The position numbers and the translations under genes are program-made. From the IMG/VR virus record IMGVR_UViG_3300020046_004224: a DNA stretch of 64,000 bases; one strand, given 5' to 3'. The first letter of the stretch is position 1. Each line of letters starts with the position of its first letter. The notes below the pieces were generated by a model. That model was not told where the DNA came from. It was given only the letters and a program-made list of their open reading frames with translations, and did not search any database. This document shows positions 49,511-58,097 of this stretch, piece after piece. The DNA is from a virus (lineage: Duplodnaviria; Caudoviricetes).

Positions 49511-49668
49511 AGGATAATAACAGGACTCGAACCTGTAAGGGACTTTCGTCTTCCATATATTTCTATACAGCCATAGTTAATTCTTTGACCTGGGGTACCG
49601 AACCTTTCGGTTTATTTATTCAGCATCTCTACACGATCCCCGCGTTTGCCATTTCGCCACACTATCCT
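49511..49668 (-). ncRNA. oversized tRNA-Leu-like RNA with the anticodon arm replaced
   Basis: D arm GCG-AAATGGCAAA-CGC, T arm ACAGG-TTCGAGT-CCTGT, acceptor GGATAGT/ATTATCC, ~80-nt insert. Confidence 0.65.
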
Positions 49669-49670
49669 AT

Positions 49671-49744
49671 TGATGTCCGTACGGTGCTCGCAACCGTTTC
49701 TCGTCCTTACCAAAGACGTGCATCACTACATATGCTTACAGACC
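49671..49744 (-). tRNA. tRNA-Thr(GGT)
   Basis: CGTCT-TTGGTAA-GGACG. Confidence 0.75.
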
Positions 49745-49992
49745 ATGTAATCTTCATCTTTCTAAAAAACTGTCTTTTGTGGAATGTTATGTGGTTTGCC
49801 TGTAACATCCTCTATTTTATCAAGTCTAAATCCGGCCCCTCGTCTTTTATTTCCAAAAATTTCTTTAGCAGATTTTAAATCTTCCGCAATTATTCTTCGA
49901 ATAGGCCAAGATGAACGGCCAGACCATTTACCTTTATGATAACTGTAGTGAAAAAGAAATACTCTCATTTTGTCTTTTATTTTATAGTTTTT

Positions 49993-50080
49993 TGGCGGCG
50001 AGATAGAGATTCCAACTCTAGACACCTTTAACAGTGCAGGCATTTTCAAGATGCTTTCTTCGTGCTTCCAGACCCTCGCC
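49993..50080 (-). tRNA. tRNA-Ser(TGA)
   Basis: GCAT-CTTGAAA-ATGC, long V arm, G73-CCA. Confidence 0.75.
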
Positions 50081-50103
50081 ATTTTATTCTACTTATTATT
50101 TTT

Positions 50104-50215
50104 TGGTGGACTATTTGAGATTTGAGATTTGAACTCATTCAGGCTGCGCGAACCTTTTCCAATTGTGTCATAGAGACTGCCTCTACTAATACCGTTGCAG
50201 GTAATTAACTAGCCC
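50104..50215 (-). ncRNA. aberrant tRNA-like RNA
   Basis: acceptor GGGCTA/TAGTCC-ACCA, T loop TTCAAAT with a 7-nt tandem duplication, no clear anticodon arm. Confidence 0.45.
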
Positions 50216-50389
50216 AATACTCTAAACAATAACCCTTGATTGTGCTATTGTCAAGAACTGAATATCTCAGGTAATGCAATAAAGAAACAATGTATTAAAA
50301 GAAATATCACATTTCCGACTAATGGTTATTGGCAGAGGATTCGTGCAGGTTATTCTCATGAAGAGGCACTTAATATTCGTCGAAATTAA

Positions 50390-50464
50390 TGGGGTTCTTG
50401 CCGAGGATCGAACTCGATTATATCGCTCCACAAGCGAGTGCATCACCAAAATGCTTCAAAAACC
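50390..50464 (-). tRNA. tRNA-His(GTG)
   Basis: loop TTGTGGA; G-1:C73; CCA. Confidence 0.85.
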
Positions 50465-50639
50465 ATCTTTAAATTAAACAATATGTTGTATACCTCGAAG
50501 AACTACAACTATACACGTCTCAACTTTCGAAGCAGGATGAACGCCTCTTCTATTATCTTACGTGGTAAATCCTGAGATTGTTCATAATCTAGATATATTG
50601 TTATCGTAATATAACACTGGTGCTTCTTCTGGTCAAGCA

Positions 50640-51578
50640 TTATCTGTAGAGATAATCTGGTAGATTGAAATGTTCTTTAACTTTATTCGCAGCGTCTATC
50701 TCAGAAGAAAATCTCAAATAGACGATCCCCTTCTTATCTTTCTTCAACGAAAATATCCATTCATCTCTCTTCGAATCATACGAAACATATTTGTATTTTG
50801 ATTTTGGGATATAAACTGTTTTGATTTTTTTATTGATTGCTTTATTCTGTCTAGAAAATGGTGAAATATTTTTACTGTCAATATTATAATCTTTACACCA
50901 TTTTTTAATAGTATTTCCAGTCTTTAACCCAAAATTCTTTGCCACACATTCCATTGATTTAGTAGTCAATAATAAAATCAATTCCTCTTTGGATGGACGG
51001 ACAGCTTTACGTCTACGCTCTCCATCACATGCGATACACTTACCTCTTTTATTATTTTTACAAATAACATTATCACACTTTTCACATCGAGGCAGAGTTT
51101 TCTTATGCCTTTTTCCTGCATAAGTCTCTGTCTGTGAATGACAGTTGGGGCACAAGAATGATAAATTGGATATTGTGTTATCGTCTGATATTCCGTTTTT
51201 ATGTTCCAGTTGTAGAGTGAGTGATTTATTATTCCATTCTGGAAGAATCCCACATTCATCACATATATATGGTACTAAATTAAATCTTAAAACGTATATC
51301 TTTACTTGATTTCTTGATATATATAACTTATTATCTATAATATCTCTAAACTTAGCTTCCGTCATCGTTCGAGTCAAAATAGATGATTTCTCTCTATTAA
51401 GAAAGTGGGAATGATCTACATTCAGAGCTTTCATTCGTTGTTTACATGTAATAAAATTATTACCTTTATTTTGTAATCCGAATGTTCGCAACAATTCCGA
51501 CATCGTTTTTGAATTTTTGACTCTTGTGATGAACTCATCATCAGGTATTGACCATATTATACTAGTTCTTTTTCTCAT
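50640..51578 (-). CDS. HNH homing endonuclease (C-terminal AP2-like domain)
   Basis: LQLEHKNG...N...LCPNCHSQT; SKYKYVSY...W...F.SE.DAA. Confidence 0.85.
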   Translation of the reverse strand: MRKRTSIIWSIPDDEFITRVKNSKTMSELLRTFGLQNKGNNFITCKQRMKALNVDHSHFLNREKSSILTRTMTEAKFRDIIDNKLYISRNQVKIYVLRFNLVPYICDECGILPEWNNKSLTLQLEHKNGISDDNTISNLSFLCPNCHSQTETYAGKRHKKTLPRCEKCDNVICKNNKRGKCIACDGERRRKAVRPSKEELILLLTTKSMECVAKNFGLKTGNTIKKWCKDYNIDSKNISPFSRQNKAINKKIKTVYIPKSKYKYVSYDSKRDEWIFSLKKDKKGIVYLRFSSEIDAANKVKEHFNLPDYLYR

Positions 51579-51639
51579 TACACTTACTTACATAAGTAGT
51601 AATAGATTGTATACATGTATTATTGGTTCGTTACTTTTT

Positions 51640-51714
51640 TGGTAGCCTCTCCCAGATTCAAACTGGGAATGTCGCAGTCAAAGTGCGAAGTGTTGTCAAT
51701 TACACCAAGAGGCT
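51640..51714 (-). tRNA. tRNA-Gln(TTG)
   Basis: TCGCA-CTTTGAC-TGCGA; CCA. Confidence 0.85.
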
Positions 51715-51729
51715 ATCTTTTTACTAAAT

Positions 51730-51803
51730 TGGCAGCGAATGAAGGTATTGCGCCCTCTTTCCAGGGGTTGGAAGCCTGTACATTACTTTTATGTTAACTC
51801 GCT
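51730..51803 (-). tRNA. tRNA-Trp(CCA)
   Basis: CAGGC-TTCCAAC-CCCTG, A1-U72, G73. Confidence 0.7.
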
Positions 51804-51989
51804 ATTTCTTTTCTTTACTTTACACTATATACTTATCTTTGTCAACCTCTTTTGATATGTTATCTAAAATGCTCTTGGTTATCTTATTTTGATTTTCGAT
51901 AAATAATTTAAACAATTCATGGGCCTGTCCCTCGGTTACAGAACGGTCTATATCTGATGGACAATCGGGGATAGGTGTTGTAAATTCAA

Positions 51990-52250
51990 TCATATTTTTA
52001 TAAAATCTTCGTTATCATATTTACCGTGTACGATATTCATTGCGAAAGCAAGACCGACAGGACCGCTCATAGGCTGAACACTGACGATTTCGTGTATCAA
52101 AAATTCAGGACTCATGCGCCGAATCATAGGAATCATGATTTTAGAAAAATCTGGAACTGCGGGTTCTACTACTTTTGGTAGTAACGGTGCAACAACAGTC
52201 GCAACCACGGTTCCGAATAATTTCTTGAAAAATGTACGTCTTGAATTCAT
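51990..52250 (-). CDS. Tat-like leader fused to a major capsid protein (gp23) Gol-region fragment
   Basis: MNSRRTFFKK leader; IMIPMIRRMSPEFLIHEIVSVQPMSGPVGLAFAM. Confidence 0.7.
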   Translation of the reverse strand: MNSRRTFFKKLFGTVVATVVAPLLPKVVEPAVPDFSKIMIPMIRRMSPEFLIHEIVSVQPMSGPVGLAFAMNIVHGKYDNEDFIKI

Positions 52251-52255
52251 TTTTA

Positions 52256-52338
52256 TGGAGCTAACGGTCAGATTCGCACTGACGGTGTGGTATTCATTCT
52301 TACAAGGAATGCGCTTTCGACTTCTCAGCCACGTTAGC
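52256..52338 (-). tRNA. tRNA-Thr(TGT)
   Basis: CATTC-CTTGTAA-GAATG; CCA. Confidence 0.82.
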
Positions 52339-52354
52339 AATTTTATTAACTTTT

Positions 52355-52431
52355 TGGTACTCCTGACAAGATTCGAACTTGCATCAAAATCGCCCTTAAC
52401 GATTCGCCTCTACCAATTGGGCTACAGGAGC
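52355..52431 (-). tRNA. tRNA-Leu(AAG), short variable loop
   Basis: AATCG-TTAAGGG-CGATT; CCA. Confidence 0.85.
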
Positions 52432-52436
52432 ATTTA

Positions 52437-52838
52437 CTACTCAAACTTTAACTCTTTTTCTTCTTTTGTCAATGAGATATTCTTCTCAAAAGGATACTCG
52501 TTGTAAAATATAACATTATACCACCATCCGATATATTCCTGTTCAGGACATCCACCATCATCGTCATAAGGCAATGCATCATACAACTCATGAACCTTTT
52601 CTACATTCTTTTCGAGGAATGCATCCAATATATCCAATTGTCTTTGAAGTTGATCACCAGTAAAATTTTTCGCCAACCGCTGTCTTTCCTGTTCGGGAAA
52701 GAACTCATATTCCTTTGTGATTGTTTTTACAATTTTCATTTTTTTCATATATTGGTTTATAAGGTCTATTACAAATAGATCAGACTCCTTCCAACTTTCT
52801 CTCGCATCATTCGCAAAACATATATCGGATATACTCAT
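52437..52838 (-). CDS. hypothetical protein
   Basis: ORF between tRNA genes. Confidence 0.55.
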   Translation of the reverse strand: MSISDICFANDARESWKESDLFVIDLINQYMKKMKIVKTITKEYEFFPEQERQRLAKNFTGDQLQRQLDILDAFLEKNVEKVHELYDALPYDDDGGCPEQEYIGWWYNVIFYNEYPFEKNISLTKEEKELKFE

Positions 52839-52841
52839 ATT

Positions 52842-52916
52842 TGGTGCGGTATGTCGGAATCGAACCGACATATGAAACTTGGAAGGCTCCCATAATAACC
52901 ATTATATTAATACCGC
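52842..52916 (-). tRNA. tRNA-Gly(TCC)
   Basis: GGAGC-CTTCCAA-GTTTC; CCA. Confidence 0.88.
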
Positions 52917-53002
52917 ATAAAATTGTGCGCTCTACTTTATCCCCTATCACTGTCGAATATCACAGTATAGATTCGGGGGTTGAAACACAAATTCGATTTC
53001 AT

Positions 53003-53075
53003 TATCAAAGGTGAGATTTGAAACTCACACATCCCCTGCAAGCAAGAGGGCATTCTCCATTAAATTACTTCGATA
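53003..53075 (-). pseudogene. pseudo-tRNA with a 9-nt anticodon loop
   Basis: ATCGAAG/CTTTGAT acceptor, CCCT-CTTGCTTGC-AGGG, 8-nt T loop, no CCA. Confidence 0.5.
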
Positions 53076-53589
53076 AAATTATTTATACTTCAATTGTCAC
53101 ATACTCAACAACCTTTACATAAGACTTTTTTTGTTTTACCATGATAACTTTAACCTCCTCAAGGGCAGTTTTAACCGCTTCCATACTATAAAACAAAGTT
53201 GGAGATGGACTTGACCAACCATCTCTTAATGGTACAAATTCTGATGCAACAACCCAAAACAATCCTAGCCATAATTGTTTCACAAAGTAAACCGTGTTTC
53301 CTCTGTCATTTAACTGTTCGTATATTCTAAATTTCTTCTTCATATTTTTGTTAGTTTAACGTAGCACAACCGTTGATGATGTCAAGAGACTTTGTAAACC
53401 AATGATTCGCCATCTTTAACAACTTCTATCAAGTCTTTCATATCAAATCGTATAGACATCTCAGGAATACCAAACGGACTAACATCCACAGACCCGTCTG
53501 ATTTTCTCCAATGCTCGACGTATGTACTGAACCATCTTCCCCTCGGAACGCACCAAAGAGTACCTTTAAATTCATCGCCCTTCATAACA

Positions 53590-54198
53590 TTATTCATGTG
53601 TGCCTCCGTCTAAGAACATTTTCCATTCATCACGCATAAAATTGAAGATCATTCCATTTTTTGGCTTAACAGGCTTTCTCACAAGCTTTAAACCACATTC
53701 TTTCGGAGTTCTGTCACCTTTCCAAATATTGAGCGCCTTATCACACGTCGCCAAATTTTCCCAACTGTTCTGACCGCCTCTTGAGCTAGGCAAAATATGA
53801 TCGATACTGACAGATTCTCTATCAAGTTTCTTACCAGTGTATTGACAGGTGTAGTCATCTCTTTGCCATATATTAGACTTGGTAGGAAATACAACTTTCT
53901 TAAAAATGATTTTGTTGAAACTTGCACATACAATGATTGCAGGAAGACGAAATTCTTCTTTTGAAGTTTTCACAGATTCGTCATATGATCGAACTGGTAA
54001 TTTTCTCCAATCTTCGAAATCACGAACAACTTCCATATATTCGATTTTATTCTTGTTTATATTTCCGTCTTCGTCGATTTCATAAGAAATATCAATAGGG
54101 AATGCCGCACCCGATATTATATCAATCATGGCGGTTTTCCAGTTACTAACTCCACATGGAAAAAATCCCTTTGTTAATTTTAATATTTCTTGTTTCAT
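53590..54198 (-). CDS. HNH endonuclease
   Basis: RDDYTCQYTG, SIDHILP.SRGG.NSWENL...N..K.DRTP. Confidence 0.88.
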   Translation of the reverse strand: MKQEILKLTKGFFPCGVSNWKTAMIDIISGAAFPIDISYEIDEDGNINKNKIEYMEVVRDFEDWRKLPVRSYDESVKTSKEEFRLPAIIVCASFNKIIFKKVVFPTKSNIWQRDDYTCQYTGKKLDRESVSIDHILPSSRGGQNSWENLATCDKALNIWKGDRTPKECGLKLVRKPVKPKNGMIFNFMRDEWKMFLDGGTHE

Positions 54199-54723
54199 TG
54201 ATTACTCTACATTAAATCCTTTCATCTGTCAACAGCATTCGCCGATTATTCCGCGCACGGCTTGATATATACTAAAGAATAAATTCTTCCTACCGACTCC
54301 TAGTTTATGTATATCCCAATAATGTGTTGAAATTTATTCGTCCAAAGGTTTTAATTCTAAACTAGAATAAACCTCTTCTCTAACTTTTGAATCCATCATC
54401 ACTGCGAATGCAATATTTAATAATTGTATTCTAATACATGTGAGTTCGTAACTAGAAAATCCATGGCAGTCTCTGAGGTCTTCTAAAATTTTATCGATTG
54501 TTGGTGTTTTCATTTCCAAACTTTCTTATAGATTCTCATTTTTGTTTCTATGCTTGGCGAATCGCCTTCATAGTAGCAACCACCATAATCAGTTTCAGAA
54601 CTAATATCTATTCGAACATCAGCATTTTCAAAAACAGTATAACGGTATGAATCGATAATAGTCTCTGAAACTAGTTCTAGATGTTCGGTGAAGGGTTTTT
54701 TTGTAGTTTTCTTTTTTGCCATA

Positions 54724-55176
54724 TTATTGTAACTTACTTCCTACCAATGTTGAAATTGTTCTGTTATCAGTTGCACCATTTACAAGCTCTGAAACACGTT
54801 TGATAACCTTACCCATATCCTTCTTAGATGTGGCTCCAAGCTGTGCAATAACACCGTCAACGAGGATTTCGAGTTGCATATCAGTCAGTGCAGGAGGAAG
54901 ATATTCGCGGAGTAATTGCATCTCCAAAAGTTCCGTTGCTGCTAATTCGATTCTGTTTTCCTTTGTAAAAATATTAAAGGAATCTTCTCGTTGTGCAACT
55001 TGTTTACGAATAATACTAAGTGCCTCAGTATCCTCTAAGGGCGTATTAACATTTCCTTTGATAATTGCGGCATTTGTGAATGCATTTTTAAGTTGCCGCA
55101 ACATTGCAAGCTTGGTTTTATCAGACTTGCGCATTGCATCCTTGATATCTTCGTTAATTTGTTCTTGTAGTTTCAT
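54724..55176 (-). CDS. GatB/YqeY domain protein
   Basis: KDAMR, QREDS...F....R.ELA..E, YLP, KDMGKV. Confidence 0.9.
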   Translation of the reverse strand: MKLQEQINEDIKDAMRKSDKTKLAMLRQLKNAFTNAAIIKGNVNTPLEDTEALSIIRKQVAQREDSFNIFTKENRIELAATELLEMQLLREYLPPALTDMQLEILVDGVIAQLGATSKKDMGKVIKRVSELVNGATDNRTISTLVGSKLQ

Positions 55177-55462
55177 CTTTTAATATTTTTTCAGTTTTCT
55201 TTTTTCACATCGTCTGCCGCAAACTTTACATTTTCCATATTGTCCAATATGAGTCAAATCGCATCTACACCAGAAATATTCTTTCTTTGCCGTGAGACTC
55301 TTTTCTCTATTGGTTTTGGAATATTCCATAAATTTACCATTCTCGAAAAACGGCATCCCAATCGACAGATTCTACCTCTTCTTCGGTAAAGAATAAACTC
55401 AGAGTTATTGCTGGTTCATCTCTAGATTCTATTTGGGTTGATTCATTCATACTTTAAAAAAT

Positions 55463-55619
55463 TGGTCGAAAAGGATAGGGGATGTCCTATCGTTTCGATG
55501 ACTTTCATCATCACATCATACACTCCTTGCCATCCGGTAAGGGTTAGCGCCAGTAACGGGTAGGATTTCTATCATAGCTAATAGAAATATACTGCTTGCC
55601 ACACTCAGCTACTTCTCGA
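55463..55619 (-). ncRNA. oversized tRNA-like RNA (157 nt, CCA end)
   Basis: acceptor CGAGAAG/CTTTTCG-ACCA, D arm GCT..GG..AGC, GATAGG/CCTATC arm, multi-hairpin interior. Confidence 0.6.
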
Positions 55620-55629
55620 TTTTAAAAAT

Positions 55630-55705
55630 TGGTGGGCTAGACACGACTTGAACGTGCAACTTAGAAATTAAAAGTTTCTTATTCTACCAATTGAATTACT
55701 AACCC
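55630..55705 (-). tRNA. tRNA-Lys(TTT)
   Basis: AGAAA-CTTTTAA-TTTCT; CCA. Confidence 0.9.
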
Positions 55706-55722
55706 GATTCTATACTATACAC

Positions 55723-55768
55723 TGCATTGAACTTAAATCAACAAAAACATTGATTTAAGTTCAATGCA
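55723..55768. repeat. perfect 19-bp inverted repeat carrying back-to-back promoters
   Basis: TGCATTGAACTTAAATCAA-8nt-TTGATTTAAGTTCAATGCA. Confidence 0.8.
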
Positions 55769-55784
55769 TCGCTAAATACTTAAT

Positions 55785-56822
55785 ATGAAAAAATGTTTAA
55801 TATGCGATTTATCTCTTAGTGGCAAACAACGATTATTCTGTTCCAGATTATGTAAAGACAAACACTATGCAACCATGGATGATTCTTTAGACGCACCTCT
55901 TATAGAAGAAATAAAAATGTTGTATAATAGTGGTTTAAGTTTTCGACATATAGCAATACTAAAAGGTATTCCCAAACTCGTTCTTTGGAAATTAGGGCGA
56001 ACGGGGGTGGTCCCTTCCCGAACACGGGGTCAACAAGCAACTTTAACCAATACAGGACGCACACAAAGTCCAGAATCTAGGGAGAAAATATCCAAGGCAA
56101 GAAAAAAATTCTTATCCGAGAATCCAAATATGGTGCCGTATAAACTAAATCATAAGCACACCAAAATATCTTACCCAGAACAATACTTCATAGAATGTTT
56201 TCAAAACAAATTCGTCTATCAGCACAGAGTTTCAACATATACCTTAGATTTTGCTGATATCGAAAATAAACTGGATATAGAAATTGATGGATGTCAACAT
56301 CGTTTAGACCCTAAAATTGTTAATCATGATTGGAAAAGAAACATATACTTAACTGAACATGGATGGAATGTTTTACGAATAAACTGGTCAATCTTTAAAA
56401 GTCTTCCACCAGAAAACCAACGAAATATAGTGAAAGATATACTACAGGATATTGTTCCTAGTTCTTCGTCGATATCGTTCTATCCAGCAAACATTGCTAT
56501 ATCTAATGAAGAATTTATGATAAATATTCAGAGATTAAAGAATCGTAATATATGTCCTATATGTGGTTCGCATAAATGTGCAGAATCTATAAACTGCTCC
56601 AAATGTGCAGGCAGCACCCGAGTTAAAATACCCTGGCCCTCTGTTGAAGAAATGTCAAAGATGATCTGGGAAATTCCTGCAACTCGGATTGCACAAAATA
56701 TGGGAATATCAGACAATGCTGTTATCAAATTCTGTCGAAAACATAATATCTCAAAACCAGAGCGTGGATATTGGCAAAAACTATATGGTGGAGACACGGA
56801 GAGTCGCGCTCCGAATTCCTAA
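55785..56822 (+). CDS. putative homing endonuclease (DUF559/Vsr-like)
   Basis: SYPE, YTLDFA, IEIDG.QH, D.KRN.YL...GW.VLRI; zinc finger and HTH. Confidence 0.8.
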   Translation: MKKCLICDLSLSGKQRLFCSRLCKDKHYATMDDSLDAPLIEEIKMLYNSGLSFRHIAILKGIPKLVLWKLGRTGVVPSRTRGQQATLTNTGRTQSPESREKISKARKKFLSENPNMVPYKLNHKHTKISYPEQYFIECFQNKFVYQHRVSTYTLDFADIENKLDIEIDGCQHRLDPKIVNHDWKRNIYLTEHGWNVLRINWSIFKSLPPENQRNIVKDILQDIVPSSSSISFYPANIAISNEEFMINIQRLKNRNICPICGSHKCAESINCSKCAGSTRVKIPWPSVEEMSKMIWEIPATRIAQNMGISDNAVIKFCRKHNISKPERGYWQKLYGGDTESRAPNS

Positions 56823-56860
56823 TTGCAAGTTAGGTGTGTTACTGTTAGCACTATGCCCCC
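56786..56860 (-). tRNA. tRNA-Ala(TGC)
   Basis: CCTAA-CTTGCAA-TTAGG; G3:U70; CCA. Confidence 0.85.
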
Positions 56861-56871
56861 TTATATCTTTA

Positions 56872-56946
56872 CGGTCTAGATAGTGAGTACCGCCCTCACA
56901 TCCACTGAATCCCAAATTCAGGGCATTACTTGTCTGCCATATCTAG
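56872..56946 (-). tRNA. tRNA-Pro(TGG)
   Basis: CTGAA-TTTGGGA-TTCAG; C1-G72, A73. Confidence 0.8.
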
Positions 56947-57009
56947 ATTAAATCTTTCGGAAAATTATAAACTTAATATTCCCTGCCCTTGTCAATTCAA
57001 GTCGTTATG

Positions 57010-57084
57010 TGCCGATTGCGGAAGTCGAATCCGCATTTTCCAGTTTGAAAAACTAGTGCTCTAGTCCAGTTAAGCTAAATCGGC
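57010..57084 (-). tRNA. tRNA with TTC (Glu) anticodon on an atypical body
   Basis: CTAGT-TTTTCAA-ACTGG; body GCCGATTTAGCT... Confidence 0.7.
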
Positions 57085-57095
57085 TTTTGTGAAAT

Positions 57096-57191
57096 TGGTG
57101 GGCGGGAATTCTCGCTATTATGAAATACGTTTCACGATACTTTCAGCCATACGAGCTTAGGAAATCATGAGGTACTTGTCAAGCGCCGCCC
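57096..57191 (-). ncRNA. CCA-terminated RNA with acceptor stem but non-tRNA interior
   Basis: GGGCGG/CCGCCC-ACCA; no canonical T or D loop. Confidence 0.5.
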
Positions 57192-57226
57192 ATTTAAAAC
57201 TATCTTTTTAATTGATTATATTTTAC

Positions 57227-57448
57227 AAAAGGTGTGCTTCTACGCCAAAGAAGAATCAAGCCTTACCAGTTACGGGGTACTCTTTTACTTTCCACGGTTA
57301 GACGGTATCCAACTTGAGTATCAATATCTAACTTTGATATACTCAAGTCACCACAATCATTAGTTACTTAAAACTAACTCGTTGGCATCGGAGGCCCGCG
57401 TTTCGCTTCACTCATTAAAGATGGCTGCTTCTAAGCCAACTACCTTTT
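57227..57448 (-). ncRNA. 23S rRNA H43-H44 (uL11-binding GTPase-associated centre) mimic RNA
   Basis: GTTGGCTTAGAAGCAGCCATC and GCGTAGAAGCACAC enclosed by AAAAGG/CCTTTT, ~165-nt insert. Confidence 0.8.
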
Positions 57449-57461
57449 TATAAAAAAAACT

Positions 57462-57577
57462 TTCTGATTATAGGACTCGAACCTATACCTACTTAATGTC
57501 GTATCTAATACTCTAGTCGGAATTGCACCGATTTCCGCCCCTCGACGGGGTTGTGCTGCCATTAACACCAAATCAAA
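57462..57577 (-). ncRNA. tRNA-like RNA with two T arms
   Basis: acceptor TTTGATT/AATCAGA, D arm, CCCC/GGGG arm, TCGG-TGCAATT-CCGA and ATAGG-TTCGAGT-CCTAT. Confidence 0.55.
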
Positions 57578-57580
57578 AAT

Positions 57581-57655
57581 TGGCGTCCCCTGTTGGAATT
57601 GAACCAACGTTTATAGTTCGAGAAACTATTATCCTAACCGCTAGACGAAGGGGAC
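57581..57655 (-). tRNA. tRNA-Glu(CTC)
   Basis: GTCCCCTTCGTCTAG Glu body; ATAGT-TTCTCGA-ACTAT; CCA. Confidence 0.88.
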
Positions 57656-58019
57656 ATTTGCTACTACTCACTAAGATACATCAGGTTTCAGAAGAGTCAA
57701 GAAGTTTTTGAAATTCTCGGAGCTTCCAGATCATACTCAATGCATACTTCATTTTGAGTTCTTCTCTTGAAAACATTTTTGGGTCTTCTGCTATCTTGTA
57801 TTCGCCACCAGAATGATTGCAATATTCTTTCCAAGAAACTCTCTTCATTTCAGGAGATTCATCATAATCAAATTTAGGAAATGCACCATAACTATAGAAT
57901 CCAACATGCTTGCCCACCTGAACATCACATTCTTGATGCTCTAGCAAATCTTTCTCTAGTGCATTTGCTGCAAAATATGCTAATAATATGTTTTCATTCA
58001 TTCTATCATTTCTTAATTT

Positions 58020-58097
58020 TGGCTCCTACCCGTGGTTACGATCCACGCTTATCGAGATTAACAGTCTCGCGCTTAACACCAAGCCAGCCCGATAGGA
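58020..58097 (-). tRNA. tRNA-Asn(GTT)
   Basis: CGAGA-CTGTTAA-TCTCG; G73-CCA. Confidence 0.85.

Noticed and set aside
50104-50215. Amber suppressor tRNA (CTCTATG loop) and stop-codon recoding
   Set aside because: Only 2 bp flank the loop, and conserved genes (thyA, infA, pth2) end normally at TAG, so the standard code fits
57227-57448. True rRNA gene or host contamination
   Set aside because: Only the H43/H44 motifs are present, split by a non-rRNA insert and flanked by phage tRNA genes
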